Shown here piece after piece: positions 49,644 to 58,972 of a DNA stretch of 64,000 bases; within the stretch, counting starts at the first letter, position 1, and every line of letters begins with the position of its first letter. Source of the DNA: Terriglobia bacterium (GTDB lineage: Bacteria; Acidobacteriota; Terriglobia; 20CM-2-55-15). Below the pieces are notes generated by a model. That model saw only the letters and a list, made by a program, of their open reading frames with translations, had not been told where the DNA came from and did not search any database. A program made the translations under genes and the position numbers. The stretch covers positions 32,001 to 96,000 of the forward strand of contig CAXWPJ010000005.1 in assembly GCA_963664115.2 (NCBI GenBank), read 5' to 3'.

Positions 49644-51028
49644 GAGTTATAACCGAATCTGGTGTTTGAGGGATTGAATAAGAGCGGCGTATCTGGTTGA
49701 TTTGTTGTGACAAAACTTCAAAGCAACCATAGGAGATACGCCACTGTGAGCAAGAGTAACGTGAATGGACCGGAAGGTCGAGAAACGATTGAGGATCCAG
49801 TAACAGAACTACTACGAGTTGGGGCACAGCAACTGATCCAACGCGCAGTGGAAGCCGAATTGGCAGAGCTGCTATCCCAGCACGGTGGCCGGCGAACTGA
49901 GACAGGAAACGCCGGGGTGGTACGCAACGGTTATCTGCCGGAACGCGAACTGCAGACGGGATTGGGTCCGGTAACAGTCCAAATCCCGAAGGTCCGTGCC
50001 AAGACGGGCGAAGCTGTGACGTTCCGATCGGCCCTGGTACCACCGTACATTCGGAAGACGAAGTCGCTGGAAGCAGCGGTGCCGTGGTTGTATTTGAAAG
50101 GCGTTTCCAGCGGCGAGATGGGTGAGGCCCTAAAAGTTCTTGTCGGTCCCCAGGCGCAGGGTCTGTCGGCGAGCACGGTATCGCGGTTGAAACAGGTTTG
50201 GGGCGAACAGTACCGCCTCGGATGCGAGGAGCGTTTGGATGCAGATCGCTGGGTCTATGTCTGGGCCGACGGCATCTACAGCGGACTTCGGGCGGAACAA
50301 ACCAAGTTGTGTGCATTGGTCGTGATCGGCGTGAATGAACGCGGAGAGAAGCGTTTCCTGGCGATCGAAGACGGTGTACGGGAATCGACACAGAGTTGGC
50401 GCGAGGTCTTGTTGAAGCTGAAGTCCCGTGGGATGAATGTTCCGAAGTTGGCCATCGGTGACGGTGCGATGGGGTTCTGGGCCGCACTGGAGGAAATCTA
50501 TCCCGAGACACGTCAACAACGTTGCTGGATGCACAAAGTCATGAACGTCCTCAACTGCCTGCCCAAGTCGGTCCAGGCGAAGGCGAAACAGGCCCTGCAC
50601 TCGATCTGGCAGGCCGAGACGAAGGCAGACGCCGAGAAGGCATTCGACTTGTTCATTGAAACCTATGAACCGAAGTATCCGAAAGCCACACTCTGCCTGC
50701 AGAAAGACAGAGAGGAACTGCTGGCCTTTTACGACTTTCCGGCCAAGCACTGGCAGAGCATCAGAACGACGAATCCCATTGAGTCGACCTTTGCCACCAT
50801 TCGACACCGAACGAAGCGATCCAGAGGTTGCCTGACACGGGATGGCATGCTGCACATGATGTTCAAACTGGGCCAGTGCGCTGAGAACAATTGGCGACGA
50901 TTACGAGGATTCGATGATCTGAGCAAGGTAATCATCGGAGTGAAATTCAACGATGGTGTCGAAGCGACACAAGTCGATCAGGCCGCCGCTTGAATCAATC
51001 TCCTAAACACCACTTTTGACAATAACTC
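49644..51028 (+). mobile_element. IS256-family element (complete)
   Basis: IR GAGTTAT.../...ATAACTC; 9-bp TSD ATCGTCGGC at 49635-49643 and 51029-51037. Confidence 0.95.
49707..50993 (+). CDS. IS256 transposase
   Basis: RNGY, WADGIY, GDGAMG, QRCWMHK, RTTNPIES. Confidence 0.93.
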   Translation: MTKLQSNHRRYATVSKSNVNGPEGRETIEDPVTELLRVGAQQLIQRAVEAELAELLSQHGGRRTETGNAGVVRNGYLPERELQTGLGPVTVQIPKVRAKTGEAVTFRSALVPPYIRKTKSLEAAVPWLYLKGVSSGEMGEALKVLVGPQAQGLSASTVSRLKQVWGEQYRLGCEERLDADRWVYVWADGIYSGLRAEQTKLCALVVIGVNERGEKRFLAIEDGVRESTQSWREVLLKLKSRGMNVPKLAIGDGAMGFWAALEEIYPETRQQRCWMHKVMNVLNCLPKSVQAKAKQALHSIWQAETKADAEKAFDLFIETYEPKYPKATLCLQKDREELLAFYDFPAKHWQSIRTTNPIESTFATIRHRTKRSRGCLTRDGMLHMMFKLGQCAENNWRRLRGFDDLSKVIIGVKFNDGVEATQVDQAAA

Positions 51029-51393
51029 ATCGTCGGCACCAAGGACGTCTGAATTCGCGTCAGAGATATTGTTGTACACGGGGAATCTGGACGTATCTCG
51101 CTGGTAACCCAGGATAGCCGTGGCTATCGCTCGAACGTCGGACTGTGCCCGTGTTTCGCGGGCCTGGTCGATATAGCCGGTTACCATCGGAGTGAGAACG
51201 GCCGCGAGGATTGCGATAATGGCCAGGACCACTGCCAGCTCGATGAGCGTGAAACCCTTGTTGTTCAATTCTTTATTAGACATTTGAGAATCTCCTGTCC
51301 TTGCTAGAGTCCCCATTCCCCGACGAGATTATGTATCGGTCTTTTATTCTGGAGGTGGCGGATCTTCGTCCGCTCACCTCCAATTCGTGTCCG

Positions 51394-52017
51394 TCAGCGA
51401 ATTCGAGAGACGATGTCATCGTTGCCCGGTGTCAATGTCTCTGCCTCCGAAACCTGGTCGTCATCGGTGTCGATAAGCCCGTCCGGTCCTGCCGAGAGAA
51501 CAAATCCCATGTTGGCCGCATCGTCGACCAGGTTGAGGGCGGTGACGATATAAGCGTTACCCCAGGGATCGAGGGCTCCCGTCAGATCCAGGTACGGTCC
51601 GCGGTAGGCGACACGCCCGCCTCCAGGGTTATTCGTAGGCAAGGTCAATTTGTTCTGGTTCAGGAACTCATCGATACTCGCCGACGTTCCGGCCACAGTA
51701 TAGTTCGTCCAGCCATTGGGGGCTCCCCCCCCTGTTGCCAGTGCAGGCTCGTCCGCGGTTTGGCTGGCAAAGTATTCCTTGTCAGCTGTAGTACCGGTGG
51801 CCGCAGCAGCAGCGTCTGTGAATATCGGGTATTCCCCGGTGTCCCTCACGTGCAACTGATAGGACTGGGCGATGGCCCGGACATCGGCTGACGCTCGGGT
51901 CGTCCGCGCCTGGTCAATATAGCTGGTGACCAGGGGCGTCAGGATAGCAGCCAGGACCGCGATTATGGCCAGAACGACCGCGAGTTCGATTAGTGTAAAA
52001 CCTTTGTTAGCCTTCAT
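51394..52017 (-). CDS. GspG-like major pilin/pseudopilin
   Basis: MKANKGFTLIELAVVL, YRGPY, DPWG, SAGPDG, GNDDI. Confidence 0.9.
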   Translation of the reverse strand: MKANKGFTLIELAVVLAIIAVLAAILTPLVTSYIDQARTTRASADVRAIAQSYQLHVRDTGEYPIFTDAAAAATGTTADKEYFASQTADEPALATGGGAPNGWTNYTVAGTSASIDEFLNQNKLTLPTNNPGGGRVAYRGPYLDLTGALDPWGNAYIVTALNLVDDAANMGFVLSAGPDGLIDTDDDQVSEAETLTPGNDDIVSRIR

Positions 52018-52066
52018 TTGCGTTCTCCCTTCCAATTGAGTGTTAAAGATCTTAGGTGTCTTCATA

Positions 52067-52756
52067 TCACTGGATCCTAAAAATGATGTCGTCCCCGCCG
52101 GTGCGGAACACATCGTGAAGCTGAGCAAAATCTGTTTCAAGTGTACGGTTGGGTCCCGGCGAGAGCACCACAACCGCTACGCGTGTCCCGGTCGGAACCA
52201 CTAAGGGATTCACCGGGTCATTGCGGATAGCTTCGACGCCCTGGGGCGTAAGAAACTGGACGTTCGCGAGATATTTGTCACCCCACGGGTCGGAACTCGG
52301 CAGCTGGGACAAGTATGGCCCATTCCACCCTCTCTGCCGGTCGAACGAAATATCACCCTGCCTTGGATAAGCCGGCGCCGTGACATCGGGCTGGTTCATC
52401 ACCAGGTGGTTTTCAAGTAAGTCAATTTCGTCCGTGTCGGTTGGCCAGGTACTCGTGGAGTCCGTTGCGTCTTCTCCATCAGTTTCAAGGACGTAAAAGA
52501 TATCGTCGATCGGTGATGTCGCCTGCCCGGACTTGAACGCGGGGGGTGCCATTATGTCCTGAGCGAAATTGTGAATCGCGATACCGATAAATTCGGTGTC
52601 GCTGAAAGCCTTTGCAATCTTCGCGTCGTCCATTCCACCCAGAGCGGGAATCATCGCGATACTGGCCAGAATGGCCGTTACCGAAATCACCAGCACTGTC
52701 TCAATGAGAGAAGTGGCGACTCCGCGATTGCTTCTTAATGAGTTTACGGGCTTCAT
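52067..52756 (-). CDS. GspG-like pilin with atypical RG-VATSLIE N-terminus
   Basis: WNGPY, DPWG, SPGPN, GGDDI; paralogue of 41204-42022. Confidence 0.8.
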   Translation of the reverse strand: MKPVNSLRSNRGVATSLIETVLVISVTAILASIAMIPALGGMDDAKIAKAFSDTEFIGIAIHNFAQDIMAPPAFKSGQATSPIDDIFYVLETDGEDATDSTSTWPTDTDEIDLLENHLVMNQPDVTAPAYPRQGDISFDRQRGWNGPYLSQLPSSDPWGDKYLANVQFLTPQGVEAIRNDPVNPLVVPTGTRVAVVVLSPGPNRTLETDFAQLHDVFRTGGDDIIFRIQ

Positions 52757-52778
52757 AACTGATCCTCGGCGATACCTT

Positions 52779-52794
52779 TGCAATCGTCTTGCCA
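52779..52794 (-). promoter_or_regulatory. Sigma54 -24/-12 promoter
   Basis: TGGCAAGACGATTGCA; IHF-like TATCAACGATTTA at 52800-52812. Confidence 0.8.
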
Positions 52795-52999
52795 ATGGTT
52801 AAATCGTTGATAAATAAAATACTGCCGGTCTTTCGGCTCTACCAAAACTGTTGATTTCCCATGTACAATCTACACAATTCGTTGGAACCTACGATTCTTC
52901 TATCGTCACGACATGTCTCAGTCAGTAACCTAATCAATCACGACGCACCACACGGATTAATAGCTTAATATCAGTTATTTCTGGAAAATGGGTGGACGT

Positions 53000-54400
53000 T
53001 CAGGCGTCGGTGGATTCAGAAGGAGCTTCTTCGCTGACCTTGATCTCGTATTTCTTTACCTTGTACCAGAGGACGCGTTCGGTGATTCCCAGCACCTTGG
53101 CAGCCTTCCGCTGGACACCATCGGAACGCTCCAGGGCATCCAGAATCAGCTGACGCTCGACGTTTTTGACGGTTTCGTTCAGGTCCTGTGTCGTCGTCGG
53201 TGCGGCGGCCGAAGGCCTGTCGTCCACCTGCTTGCTGATGTGGGGTGGGAGTGACTTCGAGCTGAGTATCTCGCCATCGGCGAGCAGTACCGCACGCTCG
53301 ACCGTATTCTTGAGCTCGCGGATGTTCCCGGGCCAACGGTACTCTATCAGTTGGTTCATCGCATCTGAGGAGATCGCCCTGACCCCCCGCCCAAAACTGG
53401 AATTGGCTCCTTCCAGAAAATGCTCGGCCAGGATGGGGATGTCTTCGATGCGTTCCCTCAAGGCCGGCATGCGCACGGAGAACAGGTTCAATCGGTGGAA
53501 CAGATCTTCGCGGAAGGCCTGTTCTTGAACGGATTCTGAGAGATCTTTGTTGGTCGCCGCAATCACACGGACATCAATCGAAATGGGTTTGGTCCCGCCC
53601 AGCCGCTCGAATTCCATTTCCTGCAATATACGCAAGATTTTGGCCTGTGCCTGAAGGTTCATGTCCCCGATTTCATCGAGGAAGATCGTGCCCTGATCCG
53701 CCATCTCGAACTTTCCGATCTTGCGCTCCGTTGCGCCCGTGAACGCGCCCTTCTCAAAGCCGAACAACTCGCTCTCCAGCAGTCCCTCGGGAATGCCGGC
53801 GCAGTTGAGTTTGACCATAGCATTTGCAGCACGCGGGCTGTTCTGGTGTATCGCTTGTGCGATCAACTCCTTGCCTGTACCGGTTTCACCCCAGATCAGG
53901 ACGGTTGCGGTCGTATCGGCGACTCGACTGATCAAGCGGAGAACTTCCTCGATGGCACCGCTTTTTCCGATGATGTTCTGGACATGGAAGGTATCGCTGA
54001 TCTGATCCCGCAGAGTTTTCAGATCGCGCTCGAGTTGTCGGCGCTCGAGGGAGCGTCTGACGACGATCTCCATCTCTTCCATCTTGTAGGGCTTGCCGAA
54101 GAAGTCATAGGCTCCGCGCTTGATCGCTTCGATGGCCATCTCTTTTGAGCTCAGGGCCGTGATCATGAGAATCACGACCGACGGATCGATTTCCTTGAAT
54201 TTGGAAATCGCTTCGATACCGCTGATGCCGGGCAGTTGGATATCGAGCAGGATCAGGTCGGACGGGCGCTGCTTGAACTTCCTGAGGCCTTCTTCCGCGT
54301 CTTCGGCTTGCGACACGGCGTACCCGCGTTTCGTGAGCGCTTCCTGAAGCACGAAACGGGACACTTGCTCGTCGTCGACTATGAGGACGGATTCTTGCAT
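53000..54400 (-). CDS. Sigma54-dependent response regulator (PilR/NtrC family)
   Basis: REC, GETGTGKE, GAFTGA, WPGNIREL, Fis HTH. Confidence 0.95.
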   Translation of the reverse strand: MQESVLIVDDEQVSRFVLQEALTKRGYAVSQAEDAEEGLRKFKQRPSDLILLDIQLPGISGIEAISKFKEIDPSVVILMITALSSKEMAIEAIKRGAYDFFGKPYKMEEMEIVVRRSLERRQLERDLKTLRDQISDTFHVQNIIGKSGAIEEVLRLISRVADTTATVLIWGETGTGKELIAQAIHQNSPRAANAMVKLNCAGIPEGLLESELFGFEKGAFTGATERKIGKFEMADQGTIFLDEIGDMNLQAQAKILRILQEMEFERLGGTKPISIDVRVIAATNKDLSESVQEQAFREDLFHRLNLFSVRMPALRERIEDIPILAEHFLEGANSSFGRGVRAISSDAMNQLIEYRWPGNIRELKNTVERAVLLADGEILSSKSLPPHISKQVDDRPSAAAPTTTQDLNETVKNVERQLILDALERSDGVQRKAAKVLGITERVLWYKVKKYEIKVSEEAPSESTDA

Positions 54401-54447
54401 CGCTTCAAAATAGCTGTCGGGTTCTTAGCTCTCTGTCTGCCGCAATG

Positions 54448-55920
54448 TCATGGAGTTGCCGCGTCCAATTCGCTTTTGGCTTCGACCGAATGAAGGCCTG
54501 AAGGGAGCAGCACTCGGAACAGAGTACCGCTCGACGGGTCGCTTTCGACATGAATCGTCCCCTCATGGGCTTCGATCAACTGTTTCGCAATCGCAAGTCC
54601 CAGACCTGTGCCTTCCTTTTTCGTCGTAAAAAACGGGACGAAAAGCTTCTCGATGTTTTCGGCTGGAATGTAGGATCCCTGATTGTGGAATTCGATCATC
54701 ACCGTTGTCTGTCCGGGTTCACTCGGGTGGAGAAAGTGCACGGGGCGCACCCGAACCGTGATCGTTCCTTCCTGAGGAGTGGCCTCACACGCGTTCTTGA
54801 ACATGCCGGTGAAAACTTCGATCAATTTGCTCCGATCACCCCGGACTACGTACCGATCGTCCGGGTACTCCTCGATCAGCTTTACCTCTCGTTCGATTAA
54901 CGAGTTTCGTGAGTATGCGATCGCTTCTCGAACTATTGTGACGGGGTCTTCGATCTTCGATGTATCGACCTGAACCGAGGCGTAGGAAAGGATATCTTCG
55001 ACCATTGTATTCAGCCGTTCGATCGAGGGCACGATTGTCTTAAGGTATTCCTGCTGCGGTGCGTCCGGAGGGAGGTCCTCCGCTGTTAATTCAGCGAGGC
55101 TTCGGATGTAACCGAGAGGCGTTCGGACTTCGTGGGCCATTCCGCTGATCGTGCTTCCTAGCGACGCCAGGACGTCGATCTTGCGGAGTTGATCTCTAAG
55201 CCGGGAAAACCCTTCGATGTCGCGGATCATGATCACGACTCCGATCGCCTCTTTCCCTTTGCTTTTCGCCGGTGATGCTGTTGCCCTGACGTAAACATCT
55301 CGACCGGATCGAGTTGAGATAATGATGTCCCGGGTCTGGAACGAATTCTGGGTGAGCGCGTCGTCGACAATTTTGAGCACCTGGAAATTTCTTGCCGATC
55401 CAGGAAACAGTTCGGTATAGCTCTTTCCCAGGTAATCCTCTTTTCGGATGCCCAGTAATTCTTCAACCGGCGAGTTCAGAAAGGCCACGGACCTGTCTCT
55501 ATTCAGGCTGACGATGCCTTCACTCATTTGCATGAAGAGATCAGCAGAGCGCAGGTAGCCCTTTAAAGGAACGAAGGTCTGGTTGTACAGGTTTGAGAGC
55601 GAGGTGATCTCGTCGTTAGCCATCTGCATGTCTTCGTCTGATGGGTTCGGGTTGAGTTCCCGCATCGTGCCGATGATCTCTTCAACCGGAGCGATGATGT
55701 ATCGGGAGATCGCGAAAGCGATTCCTGAAGCCACCAGCGCAATAAAGAGCACCGCGATCTTGAGATTGATCAGGAGCGGTGCCAGCTCCTCGCCGCCACT
55801 GATCAGGCCGATTTCAGAGTCGAGTATGTTCAACGGCAGGAAGCCTGCCGCCAGGGTGAAACACGCGACGATGACCGGGATGCTCAATATGAGACGGAAG
55901 CGGTATCGGGATTTCGTCAT
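54448..55920 (-). CDS. PAS sensor histidine kinase (PilS-like)
   Basis: Two TM helices, PAS, AHEVRTPL, PFFTTK, GTGLGL. Confidence 0.92.
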   Translation of the reverse strand: MTKSRYRFRLILSIPVIVACFTLAAGFLPLNILDSEIGLISGGEELAPLLINLKIAVLFIALVASGIAFAISRYIIAPVEEIIGTMRELNPNPSDEDMQMANDEITSLSNLYNQTFVPLKGYLRSADLFMQMSEGIVSLNRDRSVAFLNSPVEELLGIRKEDYLGKSYTELFPGSARNFQVLKIVDDALTQNSFQTRDIIISTRSGRDVYVRATASPAKSKGKEAIGVVIMIRDIEGFSRLRDQLRKIDVLASLGSTISGMAHEVRTPLGYIRSLAELTAEDLPPDAPQQEYLKTIVPSIERLNTMVEDILSYASVQVDTSKIEDPVTIVREAIAYSRNSLIEREVKLIEEYPDDRYVVRGDRSKLIEVFTGMFKNACEATPQEGTITVRVRPVHFLHPSEPGQTTVMIEFHNQGSYIPAENIEKLFVPFFTTKKEGTGLGLAIAKQLIEAHEGTIHVESDPSSGTLFRVLLPSGLHSVEAKSELDAATP

Positions 55921-56045
55921 GATTGTCGGTCAAAGGTTACCCGTTCAGAACTAACAGTTTGCAGTTCCAGGGCGTTCGACGCAAGCCCTTCGATGCATTC
56001 TGCCGCGGACCCTCTGGGCGGGACCCCGGGATTCAGAGGGATTGG

Positions 56046-56651
56046 CTAGCGAATCAGGAGGGTCGAGACGGCCCCGGCACTTAACCAGGGCCCGAGGGCG
56101 ATCGGGCGAGCGGGGACGCCCAGGGCCTTCAGAGCCAGGGCTCCGGCTATGCCGAACGCCCCTGTCAGGACCAGGGCAGTGACGACGTCGGGCCAGCCAA
56201 GAAAGGCTCCAATCATCGCGGCGTATTTCCAATCACCACCGCCCACTTCCTTTTTCCTCGCAGCTTCCACGAGCGTCGTGACAACTAATATGCCGGCACC
56301 GAAGAGTAAGCCCAACAGAGTCCGCATGAACCCGTTAGGCAGAACTAGACTGCCCAAAATTAACGCTGCGGCGGTGCCCGGAACCGTGACCCGGAGAGGA
56401 ATTTCGTGGGTGCGAAAATCGAATAGCGTTACGCCGACGAGGACCAGAGAAAAGGCGCCATACGTGTATGTGAGTCCTGGATCGGACCCGAAGCGGAGGC
56501 CCAGTCCCATCAGGACAAGTACTGACGCAGCAATGGTCGTCGTCTGTTCATATTGGAAGAACCGATCGCTGTAGCGATCGACGAAGTGGTAGATCACCCA
56601 ACCCGCCAGGCCTCCGGCCGTGCCAAGCAGGAGGGAAAAGGAAAGGTTCAA
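56046..56651 (-). CDS. Prepilin peptidase (A24) lacking the N-terminal Cys-rich domain
   Basis: FDFRTHEIP, GGGDWK, ALGPWL. Confidence 0.85.
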   Translation of the reverse strand: MNLSFSLLLGTAGGLAGWVIYHFVDRYSDRFFQYEQTTTIAASVLVLMGLGLRFGSDPGLTYTYGAFSLVLVGVTLFDFRTHEIPLRVTVPGTAAALILGSLVLPNGFMRTLLGLLFGAGILVVTTLVEAARKKEVGGGDWKYAAMIGAFLGWPDVVTALVLTGAFGIAGALALKALGVPARPIALGPWLSAGAVSTLLIR

Positions 56652-57940
56652 GGCCCCGCCTGAGGGGACGAATTCTGTTGGAAGGATAAGTCCTGGATTT
56701 TCTGTTCGACCGACTCCACGAAGTCAGGGAAACGGTTTGCTCCCAGTTCCAGAAATAACCTGTAATGCTCAACCGCGCTGGCGTTCTCGCGTTCTTCTTC
56801 GTAAAGTACCGCTAAATTGTAATGCGTTTCCGCGCTCGAGGGTTGGACTTGAAGAGCGCTGAGGTATCGAAACTTCGCTTCTTCAATGTCGCCCGCACGC
56901 CGGCTCAGGATCGCAAGGTTGGTCATCGCCACGCCGTTCTGCGGATTCAACTCCAGAGCCCGTTCGAATGCTCGTGTCGCGCCCGCGTCCTGGCCGTCTT
57001 CCATCAGGACCGTACCCAGATTGTTGTAGGCCTTGTCGTAGCGGGGGTCGATGCGAATCGCCGTATTGAATGAGCGTATGGCTTCCGGGTTGTTGGCCAT
57101 CGACATATACATGAGCCCCAGATTATTGTGGACCGATTTGTTCATAGGGTTTTGGTCCAGCATCTGGTTGTAGTACTCCAGGGCTTTGAGATAGTCACCG
57201 CTCTGATGGTAGAAGAGCGCCAGCTCGAAAGGATCTCCTGCGGAACTATTGATCTGGAGGTCGGAAGGCTCCGGGGGCGCTTCGGCGGCTGACTCCACGG
57301 GTGTTTCGTCCGGTGTAGTTTCTTCCACGGCTCCGACCCCGACAGACGGCGGAGGCGCCGTTTCCACCAATTCCGTGAAAGCTCCATCGTTCGGCGCTTC
57401 CTCTAACGAGGGTGCCTCAGACTCTGCGGGCGGTGCAAGCTCAGACACTACAGGTTCCGGTACCGGAGGCGGGAGCGGAGTTTCCTCCGCGGTGTTGGGT
57501 ATTGGGGGTTCCGGTGATGTAACGGCAGTTTCAATCTCGCTCGGGATTTCAGATTCGGCCTCCGGTTCTGTACCGGCAACGTTCGCATCGGTTGATTCGA
57601 CTGCATCGGTCTCTTGAGGAGCGATGTCCACGTCAAGATCATTCAACGCACTCACATCATCGTTACCAGGAAGGAGCAGATTGCCGGCTTCGAGTAACTG
57701 GGCCTGTTCCTCCATCGAAGAGGCACCCGTCCATCGGATGTAGACGATTACGCCGCTTGCCAGGACAGTCGAGATAATTACAATCGGGAGCACATAAGTC
57801 GTTAGAATCTTCTTTGACTTTTTCGGTTCGGCCTTTTCTCCCTCAAAGCCAAAGCTCTTCAGAAACGCCGGCGCACGCTGGGGCGCCGATCCTCCGGCAA
57901 GGCTCTTGGCTTTTCGCAGTGCGTCCAGTATCAGACTCAT
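56648..57940 (-). CDS. TPR protein (MshN/GspB-like)
   Basis: MSLILDALRKA N-terminus, TM, acidic Pro linker, NNLG TPRs. Confidence 0.85.
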   Translation of the reverse strand: MSLILDALRKAKSLAGGSAPQRAPAFLKSFGFEGEKAEPKKSKKILTTYVLPIVIISTVLASGVIVYIRWTGASSMEEQAQLLEAGNLLLPGNDDVSALNDLDVDIAPQETDAVESTDANVAGTEPEAESEIPSEIETAVTSPEPPIPNTAEETPLPPPVPEPVVSELAPPAESEAPSLEEAPNDGAFTELVETAPPPSVGVGAVEETTPDETPVESAAEAPPEPSDLQINSSAGDPFELALFYHQSGDYLKALEYYNQMLDQNPMNKSVHNNLGLMYMSMANNPEAIRSFNTAIRIDPRYDKAYNNLGTVLMEDGQDAGATRAFERALELNPQNGVAMTNLAILSRRAGDIEEAKFRYLSALQVQPSSAETHYNLAVLYEEERENASAVEHYRLFLELGANRFPDFVESVEQKIQDLSFQQNSSPQAGP

Positions 57941-57948
57941 TGATTCGC

Positions 57949-58914
57949 CTAGTTTGCTCCGAATCCGGTAATCAAGGCAACGACAACGATTGCCACAAGA
58001 ATGGAAATACCTACAACGAAAACAGTTTTCTTGACCGGCACAATTTCTCTCAAACGGTTCCACCCTTCCGAAGACGTTCCCGACTTACTCAACTGTAAGT
58101 TGTCGATCGCACGACGGGCTACGTCTCCGTCAATCGTCGTCGATCCCAGAGCCATGCCTGCGAGCAGCGATCGGTCGGCAATCAGGTTGATCAATCGAGG
58201 CACGCCTCCCGAATACTCGTAGATTTTTCGAGTCGCCGAGAGGTCAAATGAGACTCTCGTCGGACTCCCGCCCGCCACAGATAGGCGATGCCGGATGTAA
58301 TCAGCGGATTCCGGCTCGGACAACGGCGATAGTTCACACTTGATGGAAACCCTCTGGAACAGTTGCCTCAAACTGGGCTGGGAGAGAAGGTCGATAAGGT
58401 TGAGCTGGCCGACCAGGACAATCTGCAGTAATTTTTCCTTGTGCGTTTCCAGATTCGATAGAATGCGGATCTGTTCGAGCGTTCCCATAGGAATGTTATG
58501 GGCTTCATCAATCAGGACGACGGCCCGTCCACCCGACTCGAGAGTTTTCAGAAGGAAACCATTTAAAATATTGATGAGATCCCGCGTGCTGAGACTTCCC
58601 TGAGCATCTTTTCTTCCCGGAAGTTTGACGTTGAGATCCTCCAGGATCGCCTTGATCAGGTCGGTCTCCGACAGAAACGGGTTCAACAGGAGAGCTGTAG
58701 AGACATCCTTGTCGGTGGCACCGAGGACCGTTCGACATAGCGTGGTCTTGCCGGTTCCGATATCCCCGTAGACGAGCATGAACCCTTCGCGACGCTCGAT
58801 GCCATACTGCAGGAGTTCGAAAGCACGCGTATGGCCTTCACTTCTATAGAAGTACTTGGGGTCGGGTGTCAGGCTGAACGGTGGTTCAATCAGTCCGTAG
58901 TGTTCTTCGTACAT
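57949..58914 (-). CDS. ExeA/GspA/MshM-type AAA ATPase
   Basis: PFSLTPDP, GDIGTGKT, LIDEAH, LVGQ, GVPRLIN. Confidence 0.93.
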   Translation of the reverse strand: MYEEHYGLIEPPFSLTPDPKYFYRSEGHTRAFELLQYGIERREGFMLVYGDIGTGKTTLCRTVLGATDKDVSTALLLNPFLSETDLIKAILEDLNVKLPGRKDAQGSLSTRDLINILNGFLLKTLESGGRAVVLIDEAHNIPMGTLEQIRILSNLETHKEKLLQIVLVGQLNLIDLLSQPSLRQLFQRVSIKCELSPLSEPESADYIRHRLSVAGGSPTRVSFDLSATRKIYEYSGGVPRLINLIADRSLLAGMALGSTTIDGDVARRAIDNLQLSKSGTSSEGWNRLREIVPVKKTVFVVGISILVAIVVVALITGFGAN

Positions 58915-58972
58915 GAAGGTTTCAGCTACCCGCCCTCAGCTCGGTCGCTGAGGGCGAAGCGCTTTTCAGGTT

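Larger units (their letters stand above)
49302..51283 (-). pseudogene. GspG-like pilin interrupted by IS256
   Basis: KGFTLIELAVVL at 51283; YRGPY, DPWG, GGDDIAQRIR at 49302; frame restored when the IS and one TSD are removed. Confidence 0.88.
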
